A stretch of DNA of 63,648 nt, filler included, from Intoshia linei (Eukaryota; Animalia; Orthonectida): NCBI GenBank assembly GCA_001642005.1. It is 6 parts of 6 records of this genome, joined end to end, with 100 filler letters (N's around TTAATTAATTAA, not from the genome) between each part and the next. Parts side by side here need not be neighbours in the genome. Positions count along the whole stretch, not along the records: positions 39,877 to 55,730 come from LWCA01000892.1; positions 55,831 to 57,495 come from LWCA01002531.1; positions 57,596 to 61,680 come from LWCA01001990.1; 3 more parts are not named here. One strand, given 5' to 3'. The notes beneath the pieces were generated by a model, which worked only from the letters and a program-made list of their open reading frames with translations, had not been told where the DNA came from and did not search any database. Below, one piece after another: positions 48,015 to 61,500 of this stretch. Each line of letters starts with the position of its first letter. The first letter of the stretch is position 1. A program made the position numbers and the translations under genes.

Positions 48015-48857
48015 GATTTTAGTATTATCAATTATATATATTGCACCAAATATTCATTTTCTATTTCCAATAGAATAGTAAAGTTTGTTTCTAGGTATTT
48101 AGTTATTTAATTCAAATTTATTAGTCACTATGGATGAGCAATATATCATCTAACAATGTCAAGTTAGGCTGAATTTTAGATTTGAAATCGTGGATGTTTA
48201 ATGTTTAAATTATTTTAAAGAATTTCTTTATGTTAATGTTTACGAAAGTAACGAAAGAGCAACATTAGAGTAACTATCGTTAAACTCACTTCACTCTAAA
48301 TTGAATATATTATGTTAATTCATTTTCTACATGAAATATAATGTTTGGTATGTAAGTCTCTAGTAGTACACTATTGAAGTTGCTGCTAGTACTTGATATC
48401 ATTATCTCGTTACCAAATGTATTTATAACTTCATTTTTATGAGTTATACACCCGATTACGCTACTACGAAAACTAAATTTGATTTAGTTATACATACTAC
48501 GCTAACAATACAATTATTTAAAGGAAAATTTCACTTCATTAGGTCAGTTCGTTTTTGACAAAATTAGACCCCTTCTTTGTAGAGAGTAATTGATAACCCC
48601 TATCGAAATTAGAAATAGTAAAGATAAAAACACTTAGCTATTTTTAATATTAATATTTTGGTTAAAAATTCACAATATCCATTGGACATGGATGATGTAC
48701 GACCGGTGGCGGCTCGTAGACAAAATGCACTAAGCTAAATTTGAATATTTGTATTGCGATTCATCTATTGTTGAATAGAGTGCTATAGACATATAGAGAT
48801 ACTTTATAGAGATATGCTTCGTTGATTTTGTCCCAAGGTTATTTTGCAAAAATAATA

Positions 48858-51800
48858 ATGTTAAAAATTAAATGTATATTTTTTTTGATAATACTGTTAA
48901 TTTATTTCAAACGTGGACAATTGTTAAGAGGCCACGAAAAGTTAGGACCTTCTTATAGAATTGAAGGCAAAGGGTTTTTCATTTTTTATTTAGTTGATTT
49001 AATTTAGTCGATATTTTATTTTGGCTCCAAAAAGAGCTCAAGCAGGAAAAATATATGAAGTCAGAATAACACTGATAGATTGCTGGTTCCCTAAGATTCG
49101 AGTTAGAGCTACATTGAGTAGAGATGAAATTTCATATGCTGACGCTTCAGACGAATTTATAAATGGGAAAACTAATCGATTACAGTTAATGGTAAATGAA
49201 TTATTTTTATATAATAAAATATTAAAGGTCCCTAAAACGGAACGGCTCGGTAGCCATCATTTATTAATTGAAGGATTCTCTATGTATAATAACATGATTG
49301 ATCCATTCTTTCGTAATACAACTTCAATAATTTTCGATCCTATGCAAGCTGTAGTGTTTATTGAAACTAATAGAAAAATATATTTTGCATACGAAAGAGG
49401 TTCTATTACTATTTCGTATTTTCATTCTATTTCATATTAGTGAATTTTCGTATAATGGCCCTCACACAGGCATTGCTTCCTATGAGTGGTTCTATAAATA
49501 TATATGTTGAAGATGCTGAAGGCAACGTCGTTCAAAGGTGGCTATCAAAACAATTGAAAATGGGTAATGTATTGTATTCAATTTGATTTTCCCACCTTTC
49601 TCAGTTGTTTAATTCAAATAATAGAATTATTATACATATTTATTCAAATTTAGGTATATACGAAAATGGATTTGAAACGGCAAAACCTTTGAATAGAGGG
49701 AAATGGTGGATAAAAGCTGAAGCATTTGTAATATTTATTTATCAAATTCATCACTTTTAGGGTCATACATATTCAAATTGGTTTCACTTTCAATACTTTG
49801 GTATATTTAAAACATCATTTTATTTATCAGTTTAAATTGCCAAAATTCGTATACGATATTGGTATTATTTAATATAATTATTTTAGATTTCAAATTATTT
49901 GAAGTAAATGTCACTACTCCAATATATTCCTTTGATACCGAATACGGAATATTTGTTCATGTATATGCAGAGTAAATTTTATTAATTTAGATACAGACTC
50001 AATAGTACAAAATATCGTGTTCAACTTTTTAAAAAGTAACTGATTAAGTAGTTTTTTTCTCAGTACTTTTGTGTAATTTTACTTTGTTTTGTAAAATTTG
50101 CACTGAGTACTTTATAAAAAATACTTAATTAATAAATATTAAAATATTGCTTATTCTACAAAACTTTCGAATTATCAATTAATAATTATTATTTAATGAT
50201 TTTAAATGAGTATTAACAAATGACTTTTTACTGAGTTTTTTAAATACTCAGGACCGTAATGAATTAAAAAAACTACATTGAACAGTGTTCAATGAACACA
50301 CTATCAAGTTGCATTAAAAATGATTAAGAGAACATATTACATGAATATTGTATTATAATAATATAAGTTTATAGAAATAAATATTGTATCGTATTCGTTA
50401 ACGTGTAAGTTATCGTATTTAGTTATTATAACAATTATTTATTAATTATAATTATTCATATATTTATGTTTTATCCCTGTAACCATAAAAATTACCGAAT
50501 GAAATTGAATACCAGTGTAGTATATTATCTTAATTCTCAAATAAATTTAGTATTTATTTATTTATAATTATAATTAGGCAATACGATGTTGGTAAACCTT
50601 CTGCTGGTAATTTTACACTGACAGTTGAATATGAGAATAGCGCTGGTCAATTAAGCGAGAAAAAAATTGAGAAAAAAGTGGAATATGTAAACATTCATAA
50701 TAAAAGATACATTATATTTAGAGTGATCTATCGTATCCGGTGTTTATATTTATGGATGAAATACGCAGCCTACACGATACTGGTATTGTAGGTGGTAGAG
50801 TCAAATTTACAGCAATATTTACAAATTGGTTGATGTCTAAATCTGATAATGGTGGTTCCTGGACGAAAATAATTAATGATTACATAAATATTAACCTGAT
50901 TGGTCCTCGTTATCGTACATTTAAACCACCCAGTTTAATAGAAGCAGATTTTGCTATACAGAGGAGCGATGGGACCAAATTTAAATCTTTTTATAATCGT
51001 CAAGTGACTATTGAAATAATAAGATATGCTGCTCAAAGTTTTTCGAGCATTGGAAACTCTATAGGTAATAGTAATAAAACTATTGAAAAAAGATTAATTC
51101 CTAAAAGTGGCATTGTACGAGTTAAAATTTCTACAAATTACAATGAGAGGCAAATTGATATTAGGCTTCGTCACTCTGGGTCCAACAATGAAGCTGTCTC
51201 TGTTAGTTTTTATAAATATTTTAATCCCAAATATCATTACATATCAATAACTACAAGCACACATAGCCCAACCGTTAACGACTATATTAGTTTCACAACC
51301 ACTACCAATGTCATTGTAAAAGAAGTGCATTATGTAGTTATTTCCAAAGGTTCAATTGTCTTTGGTGATAGTTATAACATGGCTCAAGAAGAAAGTACCA
51401 ATTCTATCGACTTCACAGTTTCAGTTTCACGATTGATGGCTCCATTTTCAAGAATATTTGTCTATTGTTTTACTACAGATGGAGAAATTTTGATGGATTC
51501 CATCAATTTTTTCGTCAAAGATCCCCGTCTTACCAATGTTGAGTTGGAAACTAATTATGGGAAAGATTTCTCCGAAAATACTTTGGAATTAACAGTGAAG
51601 GGTGATTCTGTAGGCAAAGTTTTTCTATCGAGCAATGATTATGAGCTTTATAGGCGAAATCGTTACAGTTTTATAGATGAAAAAAAAGTAATAGAGACAA
51701 TGGAAGAGTATGAAGCAGATGATGATAAACCATACAAACATACTTGGTATTACGACGATGATCGATTCTATGAAAACGTATATTTTACTTCTCCCAGTGC

Positions 51801-54800
51801 TGGGTTAGATGTTTTGACAACTATAAACGCTGCTGGTTTAGTGGTTTTAACAGACGCCAATATCACACAAATACCCATTAACAGTCACTGTAATGCTACA
51901 TTCAACCAAGGAAGATGCCTAGATGGTCAATGTTTTCATTTGAACAACAAGTGTAATGATATTGTGAATTGTCTAATTGACGGGTATGATGAGATTGGCT
52001 GTCCTCGCAAACATGTCGACAACTATAAATATATAAGAGAAGACAACATCAACTACCTCTTTATTATATCCCGTTTTTTTTCTTATTCAGAATGGTCATG
52101 GGTTTCTCACTTTTTAAAGCCCGATGGAATGACACAAATCAGATTAAATATTCCCGATACCACTAATCCATATGTAATACATGGTTGGATTATACACCCG
52201 AGAAATGGTTTGCAAATAGTGGGAAAATTAGTAACAATTTCTGCAACCCGTACTTTCTTTACAATCGCATATGCCCCTACAATCATAAAAAGAGGAGAGC
52301 ACTTGGGAATACGTCTTTATATGTTTAATAATTGGCATAACGAGCTTGAAGTTATGGTGACAGTATACCCAGGTAAAGGTTTCAATTTTGTACGAGTTAA
52401 GTACCCTGGAAATGAGTATCCATACATAACCGACTATGATAATGAGATACACAGAACATTTGTACGGTTGCCAGCCAGTACGTCTTATTATATTCACATA
52501 GGAGTTGTACCGACTATAGTTTCTGGTTCATTTAATGTTAAAATTGTGTCTGATTGTGTTGTTAATAGAGACATTGAAAATATCGAGATAAAGGTAAGAC
52601 AAGAAGGAGTAACCAGTCATGATCATGCTACCTATCTAATAGACTTGGTAAATCAGGGTTCTGTGGTGATACCAGAATTCGAAATACCAATTCCTGAAAT
52701 TTACTGGAGACCAGACATCAACTATAATTTGTATGTTCCTGGAAGTGAGAAGGCAGTAGTTTCAATTTTCGGTGATGTGGTTTCACCTGGTTTTACGAAT
52801 GATTACTTGACCATTGATGAAGTAATTAATTTACCTATAATTTGTGCGGATGGTCATTTATCAGAATTAGCATTTAACTTGCAAACCTTAAAATATTTGA
52901 AATCCACAGATGCACTAAGAAAAGAAAAATTAAAGACTGTGTTGCCTCACATTCAAAAATTAATAATGAATCAATATGCGTTTATGAATAAGGATGGTTC
53001 TTATCATCAATTTAGAGATGTTATTAGTAAACATTTGTGGGTTACTCAATACGCTCTACAAATACTGTCAAAAGTGGCCAAATCTGAATGGAACGAAAAG
53101 ATTTATGTGGATACTGGTGTCATTTTGAAAATTGCAAATTATATTCTATCGAACCAAAATGATAGAGGTTGCTTTTGTGTTGATGAACCCATATATGATA
53201 GAATTGTTCAGCCATATTCTCTTTTAAAGAATAATACTTATTCAAAATGGTTTATACCTTTGACAGCTTCAATATTAATATCTTTGACGGAAGCACAACC
53301 GATTATTGGATATAAAAGTTACATCGATCTATCAGCAAAATATTTATACAGCAAACTCAAATTCTTAAATGACCCTTATCATGTCTCCATTACCGCATAT
53401 GCTTTGCATATTTCAAAACACTCACAGGCTCACCAAGCATTCAAAATACTAAAAACATTTAAACGCCCAGGAGAGTATAGTTATTGGAGCAACATCACAA
53501 TAAGTCCAAGTGAGATAATAACAATAAATACCAAAAGGTATTTACAAAAACGACTCGATTTGGATCAATTATCAGAAGCTATCACGGCAACCGCTTATGG
53601 GCTCAAGCTTTATTTAGCTAATAGAGAATTTGTTGAGGCAATTCCCATTATGCGTTGGATACAGAGCCAACGAGTTATTGTGATAGGATTTTCGGGAACA
53701 CAGGTTTTTATTTCACAATCAGTTATACCATTTTAATAGGACACTTTAATTGCTTTAGAAGCCTTGACAGAATACATGCTATCTGAGACGAATAGAGCAA
53801 TATATCATATGAGAATAGATGTTGAATCAAGTTCTACCCCTCATATGAGCCATGTAGTCAATTTTAATTACTCTAATTTTGCAGATTTATGGACGGCTAA
53901 TGTAAATAATCTAATTAAAATGTTAATTAGTATGAATGTATAATATACATAATATAATATAAATATACATTGTATATTTATAGGTACCAAGAGCGGTCGG
54001 TCAAATTATTTCTAGAGCTTCAGGGACTGGTTATGCCTTGTTACAAGTAATCAGCCTGGTTTAATTTATATCTTAAATAGGCTACATATTATTGGAACGT
54101 TGAACACAAATGGTTGGTCAATAATCCAATATACCCAACATACCACTTGGAAATGCGAAAATTAATTTTTACTGGGCGAAACGCATCAATAATGAATGTA
54201 GAAATTTGTGTTGGGTAATTACAACACATTATCATTGATAAATATGTCTTAATATTTATACTTAACATTCAAATGTATATAGATGGCGTCGGTTGGATTT
54301 ATCAGAGCATTCTGGAATGACAGTATTAATTGTGGAGTTACCTTCAGGCTTTTTTATGCCTACTAGCGAAAAAACAAAAATTATGCTTTCCAAAATTCCA
54401 CACATTAAAAGAGTAGATGCAAAAGGTGTAACAGCTACCATAATTTTTGAATATGTAATATCTGTATTGCCTATATAATTTTTAGCTTTCACATGAAGAA
54501 ATATGTGTAGATTTCAAATTTTATAGACAATTTCCTGTGGCCAACATTTCTCTTCAGCACTCAATTTCTTTATTTGACTATTATGAACATGGTTAAACAA
54601 TTATTTAGTGTAGTTAAGTATTTTTATTAGGACTGAAGAACGAAACATTATATGAAACATATCAATTACATCACCAACACATTTGTCATGTATGCGGGAG
54701 TTATCAATGCCCTTTTTGTTCGCATTACAATGCATCCAATCTATTACAAATTTGTTATCTTTTGATGTTTCTTGTTTTAATTATAAATATGATACCAATG

Positions 54801-54803
54801 TAA
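48858..54803 (+). CDS. Macroglobulin complement-related (Mcr/TEP6-type) thioester-protein family member
   Basis: Signal peptide, A2M-family motifs (FIETNRKIY, MAPFSRIFVY, IKRGEHLGIRL, GFSGTQ|DTLIALEAL, SGMTVLIVELPSGF) and an LDLa module (CLDGQC...CNDIVNC..GYDEIGC). The thioester site is degenerate (ICADG) and the C-terminus has CHVCGSYQCPFC plus a hydrophobic tail. Confidence 0.88.
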
Positions 54804-55232
54804 TATATTTAACTTGTATAATAAATTTTGAAACCTTTAACGAAACTAATATGAAAATGTAAATGAAACTTTGTAATGAAATCAACTTTTTTATACACTA
54901 AAATATTTTTTTATTGTTATCATATCAAGAACTCAGTAATTATTCTCATCAAAATCGTTACGCATTTTTGAATGTAAAATATGCGTATACAACTGTCATT
55001 TTTATATCATTGAACCCTTCCCAAATTAAACGCGTGGATCAAATAATTGTTTTTGTATATAAGCCATTCTTTTTCATAAATTAAAAAAACGATAAATTTA
55101 AATTATATGCTACCATAATTCTTTTTACGTGGTTTGTTTGTTTGATTCGTATATTTTCAGGATATTACAAAATTATTATAGAAAATTTAATATTAAGGCT
55201 CTACTAAGATGTTATGACATGAAAAAATAAAA

Positions 55233-55560
55233 TCCTAACTTATATAAAATGCGACGCGATTTTTATTTGTCTGTCTGTGTGTTACTTTTTTGAAATATTT
55301 TGATTTGTTCAGTTGATCAGTACTACAATTCAAATATTTTGATTATATAATTTATCTTAATAATGTAAGTTATAATAAAAATTGAATATGCATTGAACGT
55401 CTACATATTTCAATAAATAAATATAATGAAAATATATATAATTCATTCCTTAGGAATTTTTTTCATTCTACGCAATTTTTAATTCTTATTTTCAAAACAT
55501 TTTGTTTAAACTTTAAATTAAAATTACAACAACAAATTACTAAAAGTAATACAACTTTAT
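55233..55560 (+). mobile_element. Helitron family A, degraded 5'/body fragment
   Basis: A|TCCTAACTTATATAAAATGCGACGCG; 55380-55560 matches the reverse complement of the family body. Confidence 0.6.
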
Positions 55561-56921
55561 GTTTATAAAGTACTGATTCCGTTAATTATTGATACATAAT
55601 TGGTATTTATAAATATTTATTAAATGGTTGCTTATTTTTTCGTAAGCCATATTAATAGAATATACGCCAAATTATAGAAAAATAAGCTAAATTTTTTATT
55701 AAAAGGCCAAATTAATCAATACACGCCAATNNNNNNNNNNNNNNNNNNNNNNNNNNNNNNNNNNNNNNNNNNNNTTAATTAATTAANNNNNNNNNNNNNN
55801 NNNNNNNNNNNNNNNNNNNNNNNNNNNNNNTATTAATACTCAATGAAATAAGACTCTAAGTCTTCAACCAACAGTATCCCCTGTCTTCTAAACAGGGGAC
55901 CTAATTTTATTTTTTATCGCTTCGCTCAAAATTTTAAAGGGCCCGGTCCTTTGCTTAGCCCAGGGCTACGAAGTGGCTTAAGACGGCTCTGAGTATGTCA
56001 TGAATTGTAAATTATAATTATTATAAACCGATGCAAATTAAAATTAAAAATAAAAAAAATTACAATTTAAATTTTTTGATATTCAGAGATTTTAAAAAAT
56101 CAGTGACTTTAAGACGTTTTCCTCAATTATTTTTATAGCTTTTAGGCTAATGTCACTTATCATCCTTGAAAGCTGTTTTTTATATTAACTATTTCCATTT
56201 TTTTCTAACAAAAGATTGACTTTTTAGCTTGACTAACAAAATAACCATTGATTCAAAAAACGACAATGTATTTATGAATACTTTCAACGTATTAAAATTA
56301 AACTACAAATATTGGGAACCTTTATATATATTAAAGCAATAATTTTAATCACTTAGCAAATTAAAAATAACGTAAAAAACAAATTTCGCAAATTGATGGA
56401 ATCTTTTCGAAGTACATATTAAATTCTTATAAATAAAAATTTTATTACATAGATATGTAGTATTTATTTTAAATACGTCAAAATATCTTTTCGTGATACA
56501 ATTCCACGTAACATGCTAGAATAAAATATATTTAATGTATAATAAATATTTTAATATACTTAATCTTAAAATTATAATTACCCTCCATCCGTTACAATAA
56601 TTTGACGTAAACCAAGTTTGCGAAACGTTTCAATTAATATATGTGTAGGTGTTAATATGTTTATGGTCATGGGTGCCTAATGAAAATTATTTATACAAAA
56701 TATAAAAATTTATGAAATTTAGAGTTTCCTATCATAAAAAATTCTAAAATTACATACGGATTAAATAGTATTTTCAAAACTTGTTCAATACAATTTTGTA
56801 TTTAACATGTTGTAAATAATATTATTCATACTTTTTTGTTTTTTTAAACTCTAAATTATCGATATTCAGAATGGAAACTCGTGATTAAGTTTTAAAATTT
56901 TGAAAAAATTACATAATTTAC

Positions 56922-57402
56922 AATATCAGAAAATATAAGAGGTATATCAATTTTATTTGAAGTGAGAGGAGTCACGTCTTGTTTTTTAGGAATGTTTTTT
57001 TCCATTTTATGATTAATAAATAAAACTTTTGTGCTTTGGTCTACAGTTTTAAGGTTTTCGAGAATTGCAACCAAATCGTTTCTTTCGATAAAACCAATTA
57101 CAATTTTATTATCAAGAGATTCAATTATTGGGTATCCATAAAAGTCATTTTTGTTTATAATACCAACTAAATGAGTGAAATTTATTAATATATCGGAATA
57201 TCATTTACTTACTTAGATTTAGTATTGTGGTTGTCTGTTCAATTACAAGGATACTGTCAGTAGATTGTTTACTAGACATTTTTTAATTTATCACACATAA
57301 TATTACCTAAAATTTAACAAATCACCAGTTGTGGAATTATCATTCATGTCTACATTACCTTCCAGGAATGGATATTCGTTTAATAAAACGTGAGCGTCGT
57401 AT
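56922..57402 (-). CDS. CLC-3/4/5 H+/Cl- exchanger, partial (end of TM region and CBS1)
   Basis: Minus-strand exons YDAHVLLNEYPFLE (compare GIYEAHIRLNGYPFLD) and FYGYPIIESLDNKIVIGFIERNDL (CBS1), separated by micro-introns, on a small contig between gaps. Confidence 0.75.
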
Positions 57403-57595
57403 CTAATTAAAAATTTTCCATTTAATTTGATTTTAAATTAATAGTAGCAATCGACAACTTTCCATTTTCTAACAAAAATTTGCAAAAAATGCATGNNNNN
57501 NNNNNNNNNNNNNNNNNNNNNNNNNNNNNNNNNNNNNNNTTAATTAATTAANNNNNNNNNNNNNNNNNNNNNNNNNNNNNNNNNNNNNNNNNNNN

Positions 57596-57823
57596 GCCAT
57601 TTAGCCAATTTCGCACAATCGTCGCGTAATGAGGCGGGGCGCCATCTTGATTACACTAAAGGGGTTTTCTTTCACCGATGCGCTCCATCTGTGGCATGAG
57701 ATCATTTTGTAACATTTTCAAGTACACCTCGCCGGTCACCGTCTTGTTGAAAAAAAATGGATTTAAAACAAGGAGAGGAAAACTTCACCTAATTCTTTGG
57801 TGCGCGACTTATGGACCACCCTG
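57596..57823 (-). mobile_element. Tc1/mariner (rosa/maT-like) deletion fragment
   Basis: TA|CAGGGTGGTCCATAAG terminus at 57823; translation TVTGEVYLKMLQ...QDGAPPHYATIVRNWLN; higher GC than flanks. Confidence 0.7.
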
Positions 57824-58597
57824 TATAAAAATTTTTGTTAATTATATAATTTCCCTAAAAAAGGTGTAAATAGTAAATTGATTTTTTGACATTTAAAGTT
57901 CAACTTGGTGAGATTAAAATTTTTTGTGTTAATTTTTGGAAATAACGATTAACCGTAATTTTTTTAAAATTCTAAGATTATTTTCATTTTTAAAAAAGGG
58001 TAATTTGGTGTTTTGGCTGGAAATACCTTTTTGAAATTGAAATTGATAATAATGTTTATGATTTTAAAATCTATATCAGCGTAATTTTTTTTAAATTTCT
58101 CAAACTCGTTTGATTTTTAAAAAAGAATAAATGGTTTTTTAATCAGTACGATGTAAGTTTGAGACTTATATATTTATCTCCCCGGAAAATTTTTAATATA
58201 TAATTACGATAGATGGAATGAAGGTGTGCGTTTATGATGCTGAGATTTACTACAATTGTAATATTAAATTTGTGGTTGATTTTATTTTTAAACAAAAGAC
58301 AAATTGGGTTTTTGACTCTGAAGGACTCAAATTGGGGAATCTTATATATATATATATATATAGTTTTAATATATTAAAATAGATATAAAACTGTATTAGA
58401 AATTTTGTTGTTCAAATTCTACGACTGTCAATTTTTTAAAATATACGGTAACATACACAGACATTTAAGTTTATATAAGTAAACGATAACCATCAATTTA
58501 AAAATTATATTAATAATTGAAATGTGTCATTAAATTTATTAAGTAAATTTGAAATTTACTCATCTAACATATCTAAATTTAAAAAAATGCAATTTAG

Positions 58598-61500
58598 GAC
58601 GGGATGATAATCATCAATTTTTACTTGATTCAAGAACAAATTATCTTTATTTGGTTGAACCAGTAGATCGAGAACTACGAAGTGAATATAAGTTACAAAT
58701 TGCGGTTACATCTGACTGTGACTCTATAGATAAAATAGTGTACAGTGAAGCTCATAAAAATTTATTAAATTCTGCTGATTACTATATAAAAAATGGAATG
58801 AAAAAATTTAAAAATATTAATCAAGACATTAATTCAGTAAAATCAATAAAGAAAACAAGACACTTAAACCTCCAAACGCTAAACATTATTATTAATATTA
58901 AAGACATCAATGACAACCCACCAAAGCTCAAGGATGCATTCAAATATAGCAATTTTTATATTATCAGTTATGATTATAGTGGAATTAAACACGAAATTAT
59001 AGACTTTTCGGTAATTTATTGAAATATTTTTAGCATTAATAAAACTATTAGAAAATGGTGTATGACGTAGACAGTGTGGATGAAGAAAACTTGGAATATC
59101 TAGTACGTTCCCCAATGAAAGCTAATTGTGCGTCACATCAATCAGAGAAACAACCCTTGAGTCTATCAAACCTGAACGAAACATTCAAATTAAATAACAA
59201 TACTGGTATTCTTGCTGTGGAGCCAACGGCTCATATGAATTTGACAAATTGTGCAATGATGGTATTATTTTTGTAGTTTTAATCCAATGTAAATTTTAGA
59301 TTAATGTAATTGTTTACGATACAAACCATTTGCATCATCTTAGTATTAGTGCTTCGGTAATTTTATCTATGTAAAATTAATGGATATTACAGAAAATTAT
59401 ACATTATTTAATAATGTTCGGTTAAAAATTAACGACTTGACTATTTTTCATTAAAAACTCGAATTATTTTAATAAGTTGCAAAATCAACAAAAACGGCTT
59501 TGAATAAATGTCAAAAAATATTGGTGTGAACCACGATCGAAATCTCTTAAATTAGCGAATATGAATTTAGTTTATGCTAATAATCTAATTGTACTTTTAA
59601 GGTTATTATCGTGGAAAAATTTTATAAAACTTTCATTTCAATAAACCAAAATATACACATTACAAAACGAAATATTCAAGATATTAGGCAGTAAGTTAAA
59701 TAATAATTTAAATAATATTTATAAATAAGATATCTTTGCAACGAAACAAGTACCTTAATAGTAATAGACAATATTTCCGTGCACGATTCAAATGGATCTA
59801 TCGAATATGCAAAGTAAATTAATATAATTATTTAATCTACCTTTTATTAGAACTGACGTCATTATATCAGCAATAGATAAATACACAAAAACTCCTATTT
59901 CTTCGTCAGACTTTTTAAAGTAATATTTTAAATTTAACTTATTATATTTAATTGTAGTCGACTTGATAAAACTGGAATTTACAAAAATTTGAAAAATCAA
60001 AATTATTTTGTCGAAAATATTATGGTTATCATATTGATATATTTATACGACAGGGTACCCAAGTTAGATAATAAGGACCAAATTTAACATTTTTGTGTCA
60101 AAGCAAGAATTTATTCCCATGGATCACCACTATGTCTGAAATCACACTAAAGTGGTTAAAATGTATTTTCTCTTTGGAATCATTTATCAAGTCAATTTTA
60201 AGAGATTTTTATTAGTTTGGTGACTTGTAAAACTAATTTAATTAATTTAGAATCTTTATACATGTTACATGTTAATATCATTATTTAATTTATTGTGAAT
60301 AATGTTTTTTAGCCACTGTACCAAGTTAAAAAAATAAAAAGTAAAGATAGCAAACGATCAACATTAATATTAACGTTCGGTTCTATTGTATTTGCTTTAG
60401 TGATCTTGTTTGTCGCTTTCATTTTTGGGTTTTTGATATATCGTAAAAGGTAATTTTTTATTTATTCTTTCAAACTTTGTATTAAATCAAGCTTTTTGAT
60501 AATGATATTATATTGTAATAGATTGAATGTTATATACTTCGTACAAACAGCAGATAACTCTACCGATGGCGGACGTTTTAATTTTAAAATTTTTTAAATG
60601 TTAAAAACCAAATTATATTAATATTAATAGTTACAACCCTAAAAATCGTCATAAGTAATAATTTTTTAATTCTCATTAAAATATCTTTATTTATGAGCCC
60701 AAATTATACTAAAATTAAGACAAGGTAATTTAAATTTTATGAAATATTTGATCATAAAATTGTAAAATCTGGTAAAAATACGAAGATTTTTGGGTTAAAA
60801 TTTTTTATCTATACCAACTGGAAAACGCTGTATCAGAATAATCTTTTTTTTCATTTCTAGTACAACTACACTGCGTTCTAAGTTATTATGCAAATATTAA
60901 AAACATTAATAATTTAAAAAGTAGTCACTTAATTCTATTAATTTTTTTATCATAATTTAATCATTCACCATATACAACTTTATTGTTACAAAAAAAATTA
61001 TCACGTTTCCGATATTAATTTTTACCGATGAATCCAGAATATCTTTAGATGGGCCAGATTCGTGGAGTAAGGGTTGATTAGTGAATAACAGATCACCACC
61101 CAACCGTTTATGGCTGCATAAAAAGGTGGGAGTATAATGATTTGGGCAGGAATTGTGAAAGACACTATTATTGGGCCTTTTAAGTTAGATGATTGAGTCA
61201 AAATTAATTCTGAAACATACTGTGCGTTTTATAAAAAATAACGATTTTTCGTGGATAAAAAAAAGAGAAAAAAGCTTTCTTAAAAATTTTATTTTTATGC
61301 ATGATTATGCCATAAGTCACGTATCCCGTCATACAAAAGAATATTTTTCATCAAATGGCTATGGATCAGAAAAAATACTGTGTTGGCCGCCAAATTCTCC
61401 AGATCTTAATTTTATTGAAAATATATGGTACATAATTAAAAGAAAGATATATAGTGGGAATAAACAATACCAATCAAAAAACGATCTATGGCAAGCAATT

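Noticed and set aside
52228-52497. Antisense ORFs (also 54262-54492, 58879-59115, 61359-61556, 7052-7312, 23357-23563)
   Set aside because: Shadows of real coding exons or transposases on the opposite strand.
56892-57074. ORF first suspected to be a retrotransposon fragment
   Set aside because: Upstream in-frame GYPII...IGFIERNDL and YDAHVLLNEYPFLE identify it as a CLC CBS region.
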